From positions 338,024,001 to 338,088,000 of the forward strand of contig OZ024743.1 of assembly GCA_964016885.1 (NCBI GenBank): DNA of 64,000 bases, written 5' to 3'. The position numbers and the translations under genes were made by a program. A model generated the notes under the pieces. The model was not told the origin of the DNA, searched no databases, and worked only from the letters and a program-made list of their open reading frames with translations. Of the stretch, positions 23,137 through 37,015 are shown one piece after another (position 1 is the stretch's first letter; each line of letters opens with the position of its first letter). Source of the stretch: Eledone cirrhosa (Eukaryota).

Positions 23137-23955
23137 TCTATATATATGTGTATATATATATAGAAAGCTCAGTGTGTGGTCATGCTCCTTCGTTATAGAA
23201 ATCTACGATATAGAATTTCTTCAATTAAAATTTACAATTCAGGACTCGAAATAGCTTCGATTGCGTCTTGACGCAGATAATTTTTTCAATTTCACCCACA
23301 ATTACCAAAAAAATAGATAAAACTCAATATTTTACGATGTTTCTCTCTCATTTAAACTGCTGAACTCTTTCTACTACCATTCAAAATCTATACAACTTCA
23401 TACTTTCTGCTACTTTCTCTTTCCAAGCTTGATGGTGATACTGTCCGTTCACACCACTCCCTACTGTCTTAAATTTAGAAAACATATCTTCTATGAGGTC
23501 ACTAAACCTGCTAGAAACAGCAGCTAACTCTCCCCATATCACACCACTCCCTACTTTCTTAAATTTAGAAAACACATATCCTCTATGAGGTCACTAAACC
23601 TGCTAGAAACAACAGCTAACTCTCCCTCATATCACAACCCTCCCTACTGTCTTAAATTTAGAAAACACACAGACAATAACGCAGAACAACTCCATCGCAG
23701 CTCTGTTGTTCGGCTGGCATCGTCTACGCGCGTGTTGCGCAAGTACTGTGAAACAATAAATTTCAACACTTTTTTGCACAGAGATAATATCCATAGGCGA
23801 AACTACAATTGTCACTGCTGGCACAGCTCCTGCTTCCAGGTCTGCAATCCATTCACCCAGTGCCTGGCAGACAAAAAAGTGCTGCCATAAAATGGGTGGT
23901 GCAACCTAACTTTGGTAACTTAATGACCCCGAGCAACGCCGGGCTTTAATGCTAG
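23137..23955 (+). mobile_element. Non-autonomous Helitron
   Basis: Starts A|TCTATATATAT..AGAAAGCTCAG and ends with hairpin CCCGAGCAACGCCGGG about 8 nt before CTAG|T. No TSD, and it carries an internal tandem repeat. Confidence 0.7.
23450..23665. repeat. ~90-bp tandem repeat (~2.4 copies) inside the Helitron
   Basis: CAC.CC.CTCCCTACT.TCTTAAATTTAGAAAACA.. recurs at ~23450, ~23540 and ~23633. Confidence 0.9.
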
Positions 23956-24049
23956 TATATATATAATTGTTTCTACTTTTGGCACAATGTATAATGATTT
24001 ATAGTTTTATAGACTATAAAACTATCTAACTCTACTAGAAAAGTATAAT

Positions 24050-24071
24050 ATATTATATGTATATAATGTAT

Positions 24072-24152
<81 letters not shown>

Positions 24153-24435
24153 ATATATGTGTGTATATATGTATGTGTGTGTGTGTATGTGTGTGCGTGT
24201 GTGTATATATATATATGTGTGTGTGTGTGTGTGCGTATGTGTGTATATATATGTGTGTGTATATATATATATATAAATATATGTGTGTGTGTGCATGTGT
24301 GTGTATATATGTGTGTGTGTGTGTGCGTATGTGTGTATATATATGTGTGTGTATATATATGTGTGTGTATATATATATATATGTGTGTGTGTGTGTATGT
24401 GTGTGTGTATATATATGTGTGTGTGTGTGTGTATG
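24050..24435. repeat. Compound (TG)n/(TA)n microsatellite
   Basis: Alternating purine-pyrimidine tract of ~385 bp. Confidence 0.95.
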
Positions 24436-24548
24436 GTAGATGATGTTCCCTCGACGCTCTATCCATAGTCTTTACTGACATTTCCATTACAAGATGATCT
24501 TTTCTGCGAGGTTATTTTATTAAGCGTTTTAAAGGTTATGTAATTCCT

Positions 24549-24619
<71 letters not shown>

Positions 24620-24744
24620 TATTAATTTGTTGGAAATTCAACAAATATAAATGTTTATAACTGATTCAGAGCACTCGACAGAATTTCTGGAGTAAATATT
24701 CAATGATATTAAATAAATGGAAACTTTATTTATAAAACCATATT

Positions 24745-24809
24745 TATTCTATTATATATATTTCAAGAGTACCAAAAAAAACTTTGGTACGCTTTCATCA
24801 GATAAAATA
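24745..24809 (-). ncRNA. Type I hammerhead ribozyme motif
   Basis: TATTTTAT-CTGATGA-AAGcGTACCAAA..TTTGGTACtCTT-GAAA-TATATA-TA-ATAGAATA. It has an 8-bp stem I, a long stem II and the palindromic stem III ATATATAT. Confidence 0.78.
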
Positions 24810-24936
24810 CAAAGAGTGTTTTATAAATTTTGACATAGCCAAGGAACATACCTTATCAGTTGAATTTTCCTTGGATAAGGATTCAACTGATAAGGTATGT
24901 TCCTTGGCTATGTCAAAATGTATAAAACACACTTTG

Positions 24937-24998
24937 TATTTCATCTGATGAAAGCGTACCAAAGTTTTTGGTACCATTGAAATATATATAATAGAATA
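24937..24998 (+). ncRNA. Type I hammerhead ribozyme motif (second arm, more mismatches)
   Basis: TATTTCAT-CTGATGA-AAGCGTACCAAAGTTTTTGGTACCATT-GAAA-TATATA-TA-ATAGAATA. Confidence 0.7.
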
Positions 24999-25042
24999 AA
25001 TATGGTTTTATAAATATAGTTTCCATTTATTTAATATCATTG

Positions 25043-25165
<123 letters not shown>

Positions 25166-25314
25166 CTACATTGAAGCGAGTTAATTCTATGAAAGAAGCG
25201 TGTAGTATATATTACTCAGTCATATTTTCCTATCCATCCGAGAGCTGCATCGTTCTCAAAGATTCTACCATCTTATCTTGAGTAAAAAATAGAAAAGAAA
25301 GGAAGTGATTGCCA

Positions 25315-25590
25315 GATTGGACCAACGAAATAATATTTCCATTGGTCTTTCCATTATTGATACTTTCTGTTAATCGCAACACCAGGCTGGACAAAGCAAA
25401 CGATGATTCCATTGGCCTTTCTATCGTTGATACTATTTGCTGATCGCAACACCTGGCAGAAGAAAGAAACCGATCATGAGACCGGACCAAAGAAATGATG
25501 TTTCCATTGTGTTGTTTTTTTCCAATTGTTGATACTATCTGCTGCCAGAAGAAAGAAACGGATCGCCAAATCGGACCAAGAGAAGAATGT
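25315..25590. repeat. Degenerate tandem repeat, ~3 copies of 70-95 bp
   Basis: GGACCAA..AAAT.AT.TTTCCATTG...TTGATACT.T recurs three times, and CAGAAGAAAGAAAC twice. Confidence 0.6.
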
Positions 25591-26159
25591 GTCTATAGAT
25601 AAGATGAGGGGTTAAATTTTATCTATATTCTTTTACAATTGCATGTTATCAGTCTTTGAAGGATCTTATTTATAAGCGATATAATTGAAATACCTTAATC
25701 GAAGAGTTGGTAGCTTCTCATTGGTAGTAAATGCTTCTGACTTCCAGGATATAAATAACTATCTCTTTAACGCTCAATCCTCTATAAATATAATTTTATT
25801 TGTCGAAAGGAATGTAGGAGTCATTTTACAATAATTCTTCGCGCGTCAATATCATCTTCTGGTCCGCTCGGTCTGTCTGGTCTCTCGAGTGCTGTCTGAG
25901 GTTTTTCACCAGAGAGCGAGAGTGAGATTGACCATGTATTCATACGCAACTCCCCATTGGTTAGTTTGACCTTATTGCATATGAAAATGTTGCCATTGTG
26001 AGGTGCGACGTAGTCCCACTACATGTCCATTGTTGTTTCCATTGCTAACATTATTTGCCGGTCGCACCTCGTGGAAGAATGAATCACAATTTGAATTCAG
26101 AATGCACAAGACTGGAAGAGATACTGACTCATTAAAAATTGCACCAATGCACCACCTCT

Positions 26160-26306
26160 TGACCGGTACTGTTTTATGACCCCCCACCCGAAAGAATGAA
26201 AACCAAAGATGACCATGGTGGGATTTGAACTCAGTAAGCACAGTAAGCCGAAAAAAGAATTAACGTATTTAATAAGACACCCTAACAACTCTGCCAATTT
26301 GGCGCC
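26160..26306 (-). mobile_element. Degenerate tRNA-derived SINE copy
   Basis: ACCGGTACT..GACCCC..GAATGAAA..GGGATTTGAACTCAG..CTCTGCCAA. Confidence 0.7.
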
Positions 26307-26932
26307 TTATCTCGCCATATTTAGTAAGTTGTTAGTACGAATATATTTGGTAGGTTATTGGCTTATTTTTATGTTGTTCTTTATTAAAGAAAAATCCTCA
26401 TTTGTTTATCTGTTTTTTCATTTATTTACTTATTTTGGTAATATATATTTTCATCTGGGGGTCAACAGATAACCTATATTTTACTAATGACTCATCAATG
26501 TAGGTTTTGATAAGGTTTTTTTTTATTTTTGCTCTTTTCACAATTTCTACCACTTCGGTTCTTGCAATCTGTAACACTCACTCACAAATGCACTCGTAAA
26601 CACGCATGCGCGTATAAACAAGGACGCAAACAGACACGCACAGAAACTCAACAAACACACACAATGAGATAGATAGATATAAATATGTATATATATACAA
26701 TGTATACATATATATTAGTATGAATATATATGTATAAATTAATAGTATATATATAGATAGATATATATACATACATGTTTATAGTAAATATATATATATT
26801 GATATATATTCATACATGTATACATGCCATATGTACATGTTTATAGTAAATATATATATAAAGATAGATATACATACATGTATATATACCATATGTACAT
26901 GTCTATGCATAAACAAACATGTACAATGGATA

Positions 26933-27128
26933 TGGTGGCCATTATTTGCAGTATCGGTAGAGGGTCGGGCGCCATGCTTTGAAGCATAGAGTTACCTCCC
27001 TTTATGATCTGAGTTCAAATCCCGCCGAGGTTAACTTTGCCTTTCATCCTTATGGGGTCGATAAAATAAAGTACCAGTAATGCACTGGGATAATTGCTGG
27101 CCTGGTGCCAAAAGTAGAAACAATTATT
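26933..27128 (+). mobile_element. tRNA-derived SINE copy
   Basis: Closely matches the copy at 8762-8958 in B box, core and tail. Confidence 0.9.
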
Positions 27129-27223
27129 TACAGACATTCAGTTCTAATACCGTAACAATTATTTCCCACATACATATAAATATATATATATATAAACACT
27201 TACACGTCAAACACACATATAGA

Positions 27224-27271
<48 letters not shown>

Positions 27272-27446
27272 CACAGGTACTAAGTACCCCTGGAAATATA
27301 TAGGGTGTCTATGATACAGTGGTTGTTCTATGGTATTAATTTGACATACCAGAACGGTAAAAGCAATTGGAATAGGTAACTATTTAAATTATATTTTTTT
27401 ATTTATTTTAAAAAGTTGTTTGAATCTTACTTGCTCCGCTCATCTC

Positions 27447-27493
<47 letters not shown>

Positions 27494-28116
27494 GTATTAA
27501 TCTCCAGAGTCCAGCTATTGGCCACTTAATTTTATCGATTGTTTTTGGTTTATTCTATTGACTGTTGAATAGCTTTGTTATATTTAACCACTCTGTCGAG
27601 AGCTTTATTCGATTTGTGATATTTTGCATTCTCGCAATATTATACACGACTGAATTCATTCGCCTAATATAGGTGTTGCCTCCCGTGCTGAACCCCACGT
27701 GGGGTCAGTTAAAGACACATCTATGTGGACATTCGAACTGAATCCCGTTGACAACGCGTACTCCCAGTTCGGTCAGAATACCAGAAGCCTAACATACTTT
27801 ATGTAAGTGGACAGTAAATGACTTATGGAGCCGCAGAAACCCAAATACTGGATTTTACCATCTCTCCAGGGGTCCGGGTAAATTTTCAACTATGTATATT
27901 TTTATATATTTTTATATTTGTATATCTGTTTGACCCGAATTAGGCGGTCGATTTTTCGCTGTGCGGATGATTAGTTTAACCACCATCTCAGTGTGTTTGG
28001 CCTTTAACGTAAGTTGTAAGCTCTAATTCATATGAATTATCGAGCGCTTGCCACACAACTCGGAAGTGTTTTTCGTTAATTCCTGAGCTGAAATTCGATT
28101 CTCGCTAATTTTTACT

Positions 28117-28304
<188 letters not shown>

Positions 28305-28520
28305 TGTGAATATAATGAGAATATCGGTATATATAAAATATATATCGACTTTCTGACCGATGACACCTCAATATAAAGGTTTAAAATTTCCGAACCTCTA
28401 GACATCGTTATTGCTACAACAATTTGAATATAAAGATTCTTGTGAAGTGTTCTTTTTTTAGAGTACTTTACTGGGATCTACACTTCAGTCATTTTGTATA
28501 AGATATTATATATAAGTATA

Positions 28521-29410
28521 TACGAGGTGTGTCAGAAAAGTTTCAGGACTGATGTCACAAAAGATTTATTTCAAACCCAAACTTCACACTAAGAGTTTTC
28601 TCCTTCAAAGTAATTCCCCTTGAGTCTAATGCACTTTTCCATCCTTTTCTGCCACACTTGCATGCACTCCTGGAAGGATTCTTCCGGGATTCTCCGCAGT
28701 TCCGTCGTCACGGCCTTTTTGATGTCGTCCACGTCTTCAATACGGGTCCCCTCTGGGTCGTACTCGAAGATCCATGACTCATCACCGGTGATGACTGTCC
28801 CTAGCAAGTCGGGTTCGGTTTCAAGACGCTCGAGGATGTCCTGGCACATCTGCATGCGTCGACTCTTCTGGTCATCGTTCAGCAGTTTTGGCACCATCTT
28901 CGCGCAGACTTTCCGCATGTCCAAATCTTCAGTGAGAATCTTCCAGACGCTGTCCCGATTCATGCCCAACTCATTTGCCATCAGTCGAACAGTCAGCCGA
29001 CGATCGCTACGCACCATCTGCCTGACGCGCCCAACGTTGACCTCAGTCCTGGTTGTTGAGGGCCTTCCGCTCCTGGGGTCATCTTCCACGTCCTCAAAAA
29101 CACGTGAGCGTGACATCGTCTCATCTCCATACACTTGCTGCAGCAATCACAGTGCTTCTGGCGAAGTTTTCCCCAACCGTACCAGAAACTTCAAGTTTGT
29201 TCGTTGCTCTGTGCTCATTGCTTGACGACCTGAAACAGAGGACATGTATATCAAATTATGAAGAAAAAAGTTTGATCGCTGCAGAGAGCTAAGATTACAG
29301 TTACATACTCCAGGGGATTACTTTGAAGAAGAAAACTCTTAGTGCGAAATTTGGGTTTGAAATAAATCTTTTGTGACATCAGTCCTGGAACTTTTTTGAC
29401 ACACCTCGTA
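28521..29410 (-). mobile_element. Internally deleted mariner (Tc1/mariner) DNA transposon with ~100-bp imperfect TIRs and TA target site
   Basis: TA-CGAGGTGTGTCAGAAAAGTTTCAGGACTGATGTCACAAAAGATTTATTTCAAACCCAAA at the left end, and its near reverse complement ending CACACCTCG-TA at the right end. Confidence 0.93.
28589..29218 (-). pseudogene. Mariner transposase remnant
   Basis: MSTEQRTNLKFLVRLGKT..(TGA)..DDPRSGRP..CAKMVPKLL..ITGDESWIFEYDPE|GTRIED..GNYFEG. An in-frame deletion removes the second and third catalytic Asp, and there is one premature stop near 29148. Confidence 0.92.
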
Positions 29411-29947
29411 TATATATATATACATGTGTGTGTGTATGTGTGTGTATATGTGTGTGTGTATGTGTGAGTGTGTGTGTGTACATATTCATGCATCACTCAT
29501 ATTTATATTACCACATACTCATTTATTTATACACACACATATCCACATGTACATATTCATATAACTATATATATTTCCTACTAAGAAAACCCAAGGTCTC
29601 AGATATTTGAACAAGAGAGTAACAATTTCTGTTGAGGATACATAAATGTTGTTCTGGGAATAACAATGATTGACTTTTACTCAAGATACATCGAAAAATC
29701 AACATTTATACGAGTATATGCTTGTCTTTGTATGTATGTATAAAAGTTAAACATTAACAACGAAGCAAGTGACATAGTACATTGAAGGGATATATTAGCT
29801 TAACGTTTGAAATACCAAGAAAAGTGTCTTAAAGTTTCGGACACAAGTTCTTCAGATATAGTAAGATATAAAGGACAAATAGAAAGATGAATAATGAGAA
29901 CAGAATAAAATGAGAAAAGAAAGGGCTGAAGAAAACACACGTATGTA

Positions 29948-30002
<55 letters not shown>

Positions 30003-30007
<5 letters not shown>

Positions 30008-32793
30008 AACAAGTATGACCCCGACGGCAGAGCTGAAGCCGTTTCGACGGGTAATTCTGGACTAAATAAGAATTTTTAGCCTGGTAAATAAATAGCCGAA
30101 CTTCTCAGGGTGTAATTCCATATATGGGAAGATAGTAATTGTCAAAAGGATTGGTCAAAAGTTTGTTGTAAAGACAGATGATTCTATTATGGCATTTAGT
30201 GGGAGGTATGGGTAGCTGAACTTGCCGGTAGAACAAAGAGGGAGTGGGGGAAACCCAGTCAAGCGTTGAAAGTGAAATCTATACAGCAGATTCTAAGGAT
30301 AGTGTATAGAAGGTCGAAAAAAGTGTACTGGAGAAGGGGAAGGGAGGGGCTTGAAAGAATAGGTAAAATGAAAGGGAGTAAACAAAAAAGACATTATAAA
30401 AAGGAGGAAATAAATGTATAAAAAACAATTTCTGGTTACTACTCCATCCCCACAATCACCAAATCTCTCATATAGAAAAGTTTAATAGGTGGAGAAAAAT
30501 ACTAAATACGAGATTGTAGTGAAAGAATGTTATAAAGCCATCTTTACAGGGGGTCTAACACGACTGCTATAGTTAGTAGTAATCAGCCAATGCTATCTTA
30601 CAATGACAGGTTAATAAGTTGAGGACAAACATACTAAAAAACTAATACGAAATATTAATTCAGAATACTAATACATAAATACTAATACAAGAATACTAAT
30701 GCAAAAATACCACTAAGAAATTTAGAAATCACGGAAATGGAGCAGCAACCAGAAAGAAAGAAATTATCTGGGGTCTAACACATCTGCTATAAAAAAGCGT
30801 AATCGGCCAATTCTATCTTAAAATTAGGGGGGTTGGGGGTACTGAGGCTACAGAGGACCGAAGGGCTGCATCAGGATGGGCGAAAAGGTGAAAAAAAAAC
30901 AAGGAAGGAGATCTGGGGTGGAAGGACTAGGAAGAGATGGGGGGAAGAAGGAAATATAGAGGAAAAGATAAAATAAAATAAAATAAAAAAGTTACGTCTA
31001 CCTTTGTAAGCAGGGGTTACCCCTTACAAAATCGGCAAGTGGGGTGTTTCAGCCCTTATGTACCCCCCCCCCCCCCCCGGGGGGGTCATTATGGCGTTTG
31101 AGTGCGATTTAAGTCCTACGCAATCTGTGTTTGCATGCAGTTACCAGTTCGTCTTTCTTGTTTAGGAGTTGGTCCTTCGAAAACAGCATTTGTAATGTTT
31201 CCTCCGAGCATAAGTTACACGTACGGCGTCCTCCCGTGTAAGAGTTAGCTCTGGACAGTAAGCTCCAAGTGAGATTGTAGGTTATATTATTATCTTTGAG
31301 GTCCCAGATGTGGCCCGAAAGTGTAGTGGCATGACGCCGGGCCGGGTTTCGGAAAGTATGTCTGTGTAGGTTGAGCCGGGTCTTGAAGTCACAAGCGGTT
31401 AATCCTATATAAGCTTTGTTGGAGGTGTCCGTCCTCACATTGCACTGGTAGATCACATTACGATCTCGGCATCTGTTGTTGAGGGGGCAAAGGGATCTAT
31501 CAGGACAGTTACACCTCCTGGTCGGCTCTCCACTGCTGTCTAGGTTATTTCTTCCATAGGGGTTGAGTTTTTTGTTGCTAGAGGAGACGATGTTTTGTGC
31601 AAAGTTAGGTGTGGTGCTGTAGGAGAGTTTGGTGGTGTTTTTGTTGATTATGTTGTGGTAGCGGTGTGGCAGTGGGAAGTGTTTTTCGATGAGCCTAAAG
31701 AAGATTTTCCCGATAGGTGTTGTCACCTCGGCATTGTGGGGGAGGATTGAACCACGTTACGTTGCGTGAGCGGCGGTGTCACCTGCTGGTTCCACTAATG
31801 GAAGCTGGATATTAGGATATTTCCTCCCGAAGCCACTCCGCTGAGGGCCTGGTTGTAATGAGGCGCGTGTTCGTCGAATATCTGCTCATTAGCGGACAAA
31901 AGAGATATGCGGAAGGAGATGTTTTTAACCAGGTTATTGGTGATGGTTCTAGGATGGTTCGACCGGCGGTAGATGTAATGCAGGTTGTCGTTTGGTTTCC
32001 TGTATGGGTAGTACAGATCATTATCGAGGTTAAGGGTAACGTCCAGGAAGTTTACTCGGGTTAGGGACGTTTGTAGGGTTATTATAAATCCCCAGTCGCG
32101 GAAGAAGCTGATTAATTGTTTACGGACCCGGTCCGTACTACTGGGGTTGTACCCTTTGAGGGTAAGGAGCCCATCATCACGGTACAATCCACCGCCGAAT
32201 GCAGGAAACATTTCGGTGAGTTTAAATAGTAGGAATAATCCTGTAAGATCTGTGACCTCAGCCGAATCGGTCGCGCCCATACTGACGTCGAAGGGGGAGT
32301 CAGGAGCTCTCTTTATCCATTTGGAGCTGTCGAAAAGTAGGACTGTCTTCCTGGTGTGGAGGATGATATTTCTTTCCTGGTCGGTGATGGGCGTGAGTGT
32401 TTCGACTTTCTATACACTATCCTTAGAATCTGCTCTATAGATTTCACTTTCAACGCTTGACTGGGTTTCCCCCACTCCCTCTTTGTTCTACCGGCAAGTT
32501 CAGCTACCCATACCTCCCTCTAAATGCCATGATAGAATCATCTGTCTTTACAACAAACTTTTGACCAATCCTTTTGACAATTACTATCTTCCCATATATT
32601 GAATTACCCCCTGAGAAGTTCGGCTTTTTATTTACCAGGCTAAAAATTCTTATTTAGTCCAGAATTAGCCGTCAAAACGGCTTCAGCTCTGCCGTCGGGG
32701 TCATACTTGTTCCTATTACCCACTCTACTACCCTAAGTATTGAGTACTTTGGTGCGTTATGGTCCATCTGGTTCCTTACCACATTTCCTTTCG

Positions 32794-32795
<2 letters not shown>
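30003..32795 (-). mobile_element. 5'-truncated Penelope-like retroelement with inverted pseudo-LTR, inserted in (TA)n
   Basis: RT and GIY-YIG on the minus strand. 30003-30319 is the reverse complement of 32400-32716. (TA)n lies at 29951-30004 and 32796-32843. Confidence 0.92.
31109..32399 (-). pseudogene. PLE reverse transcriptase (C-terminal half) and GIY-YIG endonuclease, frameshifted
   Basis: FDVSMGATDSAEV, GLYRDDGL, FLDVTL, YRKP, SNHP, then RNVTWFNPP, CNCPDRSLCPLNNRC, VIYQC..YIGLT..FKTR..H, CNLC and LLNK. Frameshifts lie around 31770-31840. Confidence 0.92.
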
Positions 32796-32846
<51 letters not shown>

Positions 32847-32886
32847 TAAATACAGAGTGTATAAACCAGACTGAACCGATATGGTA

Positions 32887-33395
<509 letters not shown>

Positions 33396-33690
33396 ATAAC
33401 ATTATTTATAGTTATATATACACTATATACAACTATAAAGAGGAAAGGTCAGTAATTTATTATTACCTTATTATCAGTAAGAAAAAATAGCTCAATGTAA
33501 ATACATGAGATGTTTCACAGAGCCGGAATATAAATTACACAATAATCAAATCATGATTTGAACATAGCTTTGTTTATTGTGTAATTTATATATATACATA
33601 TATGTCAAAGGTATATATTGAGTTAGAAACTCAAAATAGTTTCTTCCAATTAAATAGCTCAAGGAAAGAAATTTTTCCGGGCCGTATAGT

Positions 33691-34083
<393 letters not shown>

Positions 34084-34976
34084 TAAACGGAATAGAAAAT
34101 GCTGACAAATTGTTCACAGTGAAAAATAGTTTAATTAGGAATAAGTGATAATTAGTAATAGTATTGGTTTGTATTAAGTTTGGGTTTTAAGTTTTGCCGG
34201 TTGCGCATTTGTAATGCTTTTCAAAAATAATTTTGAGATAGAGCGTCCGTGATGTTTGCTCTGATCTGATTAGTTTTGGGAATTCTACCTGTTTTTATGT
34301 TAAAAAAGTGGCTCCAGCGGCATTAAAATAAGTTTTGCGCCAATTCGTGTTGCAAAAATTCTTGTGGTCAAAACAATTTTGATTGGTCTGTAGACGTCAT
34401 GTGAATGTAAAAAATTGATTTTGCGCCAAATGTAGGTTTGTGTCGGCTGACTGAGAAATAAGTCTTTCACTACAAGTATGTGTGTGTGTGTAGTAGTAGT
34501 AAAGAGTTGGCGAATCTCAGGAAGCATGGAAGTTTTAAAGGATGCAGTGTCCTGACAGCTAACAACTGATGCAGATAGTTTGTTCCATGCATCAGCAACT
34601 CTGAGTGTGAAAAAATGTTTCCGAAAGCCATGGGAGCTGTGCTGCTTCCTGACTTTTTAGCACATCTCTCTCTCTCTTGTTTGCTTTCTATCACCTGAAC
34701 ACCTCTAAAGGGAGTTTCAGTTTAAAAATTGCGATGATAGTCATTGTTGATTTAATTTGTCTTCTTTTTCCTATTCGCCATATTCAGATAGTGAGAATAT
34801 GTGTGTATTTGTATGTGTATCTTCATATGTGCGTGTGTGTTTGTATGTGTGAGTTTGTATGTGTTTGTATATACTTTTTATCTGAGTGTATGTGTATGTG
34901 AGTGAGTGGGTGTTTCAGTCAAGAAGCTACAGTGACTCAATTATCTCGAGTTCCGTACAAATGCACTTACCAAACT

Positions 34977-35155
<179 letters not shown>

Positions 35156-35214
35156 TGAGGAGAAAAAAAAAAAAATTAATAAATAAATAAAAAATAAAAT
35201 AAAAATAAAAAAAG

Positions 35215-35266
<52 letters not shown>

Positions 35267-35529
35267 GAGAGGTATAGAGATTGTTTTAGCGAGAAGCTAA
35301 CAGCATTCTATAACATATATGTGACTATAACGTCAAGATGGGAAAAGTAGTTAACGTAGGATTTAGGAAAAATAATTCAAACTCATCTCAAAATAGAATC
35401 AGGATATAAATTCACCCACAGAATTTAGTGAAATCCAGGGAAAAATCAATAGACCTTTAACTCATGATAAAATAAAGTTTAAAACACTATATATATATTT
35501 TTTTTTTTTTCTATGTGTATGTATGTGTG

Positions 35530-35567
<38 letters not shown>

Positions 35568-35625
35568 TTAAAAAATAATGAATAAAACAATGAAACAGTT
35601 CCTTATATTAAACAAAAAAAGTTCA

Positions 35626-35771
35626 TTATTTAACGATCGTTTCTGGGATATATGTGTGTTAGAATTGGCATGTATATTTAACAGATCTATGTACAAAATT
35701 ATACAAAATTATACAAACTATCAAAATTAAATATACATACCAACTCATATATATGCCGTCTTCAGAAATAA
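35626..35771 (-). ncRNA. Hammerhead-like motif with very long stem II (left arm)
   Basis: Reverse complement copy of the motif at 35775-35920. Confidence 0.6.
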
Positions 35772-35774
35772 TCT

Positions 35775-35920
35775 TTATTTCTGAAGACGGCATATATATG
35801 AGTTGGTATGTATATTTAATTTTGATAGTTTGTATAATTTTGTATAATTTTGTACATAGATCTGTTAAATATACATGCCAATTCTAACACATATATATCC
35901 CAGAAACGATCGTTAAATAA
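35775..35920 (+). ncRNA. Hammerhead-like motif with a ~115-nt stem-loop II
   Basis: TTATTT-CTGAAGA-[cGGcATATATATG.AGTTGGTATGTATATTTAA...TTAAATATACATGCCAATT..CATATATATcCCa]-GAAA-CGATCG-TT-AAATAA. Stem III is the palindrome ACGATCGT, and the first pair of stem II is mismatched. Confidence 0.62.
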
Positions 35921-36118
35921 TGAACTTTTTTTGTTTAATATAAGGAACTGTTTCATTGTTTTATTCATTATTTTTTTAATATTTTATCTTGACTCTGTAT
36001 TCCGTTTATCTTTCACCGAAAGTGATTTTTCATTGCATCTCTTCTTTCCATGATATCCGGATTACATTGAGTTCTTCATACGGATTGGACACTACCGTAA
36101 ACTCTTGGTAGATTTATC

Positions 36119-36120
<2 letters not shown>

Positions 36121-36186
<66 letters not shown>

Positions 36187-36291
36187 CACACATACATACA
36201 CATATACACACACACACATATACACACACACATACATTAAAAACAATAATAATAATAATAATAATAATAACAACAATAATAATACATATAT

Positions 36292-36324
<33 letters not shown>

Positions 36325-36386
36325 ATATACATACATATATACATACATATATATATATATATATATAAACATATATATATATATAC

Positions 36387-36477
<91 letters not shown>

Positions 36478-36550
36478 TATATATATATATATATGTATGT
36501 ATATGTATATATATATATATATATGTATGTACGTATGTATGTATATATGT
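36121..36550. repeat. Compound (TA)n/(CA)n/(AAT)n microsatellites
   Basis: Read directly from the sequence. Confidence 0.92.
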
Positions 36551-36909
36551 GCATGTCTTTTGTTGTGTTTATGCCTGTATATGATTGTATGTGTATATGT
36601 GTACTGGTAAAGAGTAACACGGAACACACTACACACACTTGTCTGTATAGTGAAGAATGTATACACAAAATGCTATGTTTATATAAACCAAGTATGCTTT
36701 ATAAATATCTGAAGTCAGACCGACAAACTGACAGACAGGCAAACAGATACATTCAGAATAAGCAGACAGAAGCGCAGACGACATCGTTTATGTTCATAGA
36801 TAGTACTCAGCATATGTGTAGATATGTATGAGATTATACAGCCGATGCATATGCGTGTGTATCTATGAACGTATGGTGTAAGTGTGGATAAATCTGTGTG
36901 TGTGAGTAT

Positions 36910-36911
<2 letters not shown>

Positions 36912-36994
<83 letters not shown>

Positions 36995-37015
36995 CGTGTG
37001 TGTGTGTGTGTGTGT
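36912..37015. repeat. (TG)n microsatellite
   Basis: Read directly from the sequence. Confidence 0.95.

Larger units (their letters stand above)
35559..35987. repeat. Near-perfect palindrome (~213-bp arms, ~3-bp spacer) between (TA)n tracts; probable inverted PLE pseudo-LTR pair
   Basis: 35559-35771 is the reverse complement of 35775-35987 with only a few mismatches. Confidence 0.95.

Noticed and set aside
34085-34760. Possible DNA transposon remnant (TTTTGCGCCAA occurs twice)
   Set aside because: No paired TIRs, TSD or transposase similarity could be established by eye.
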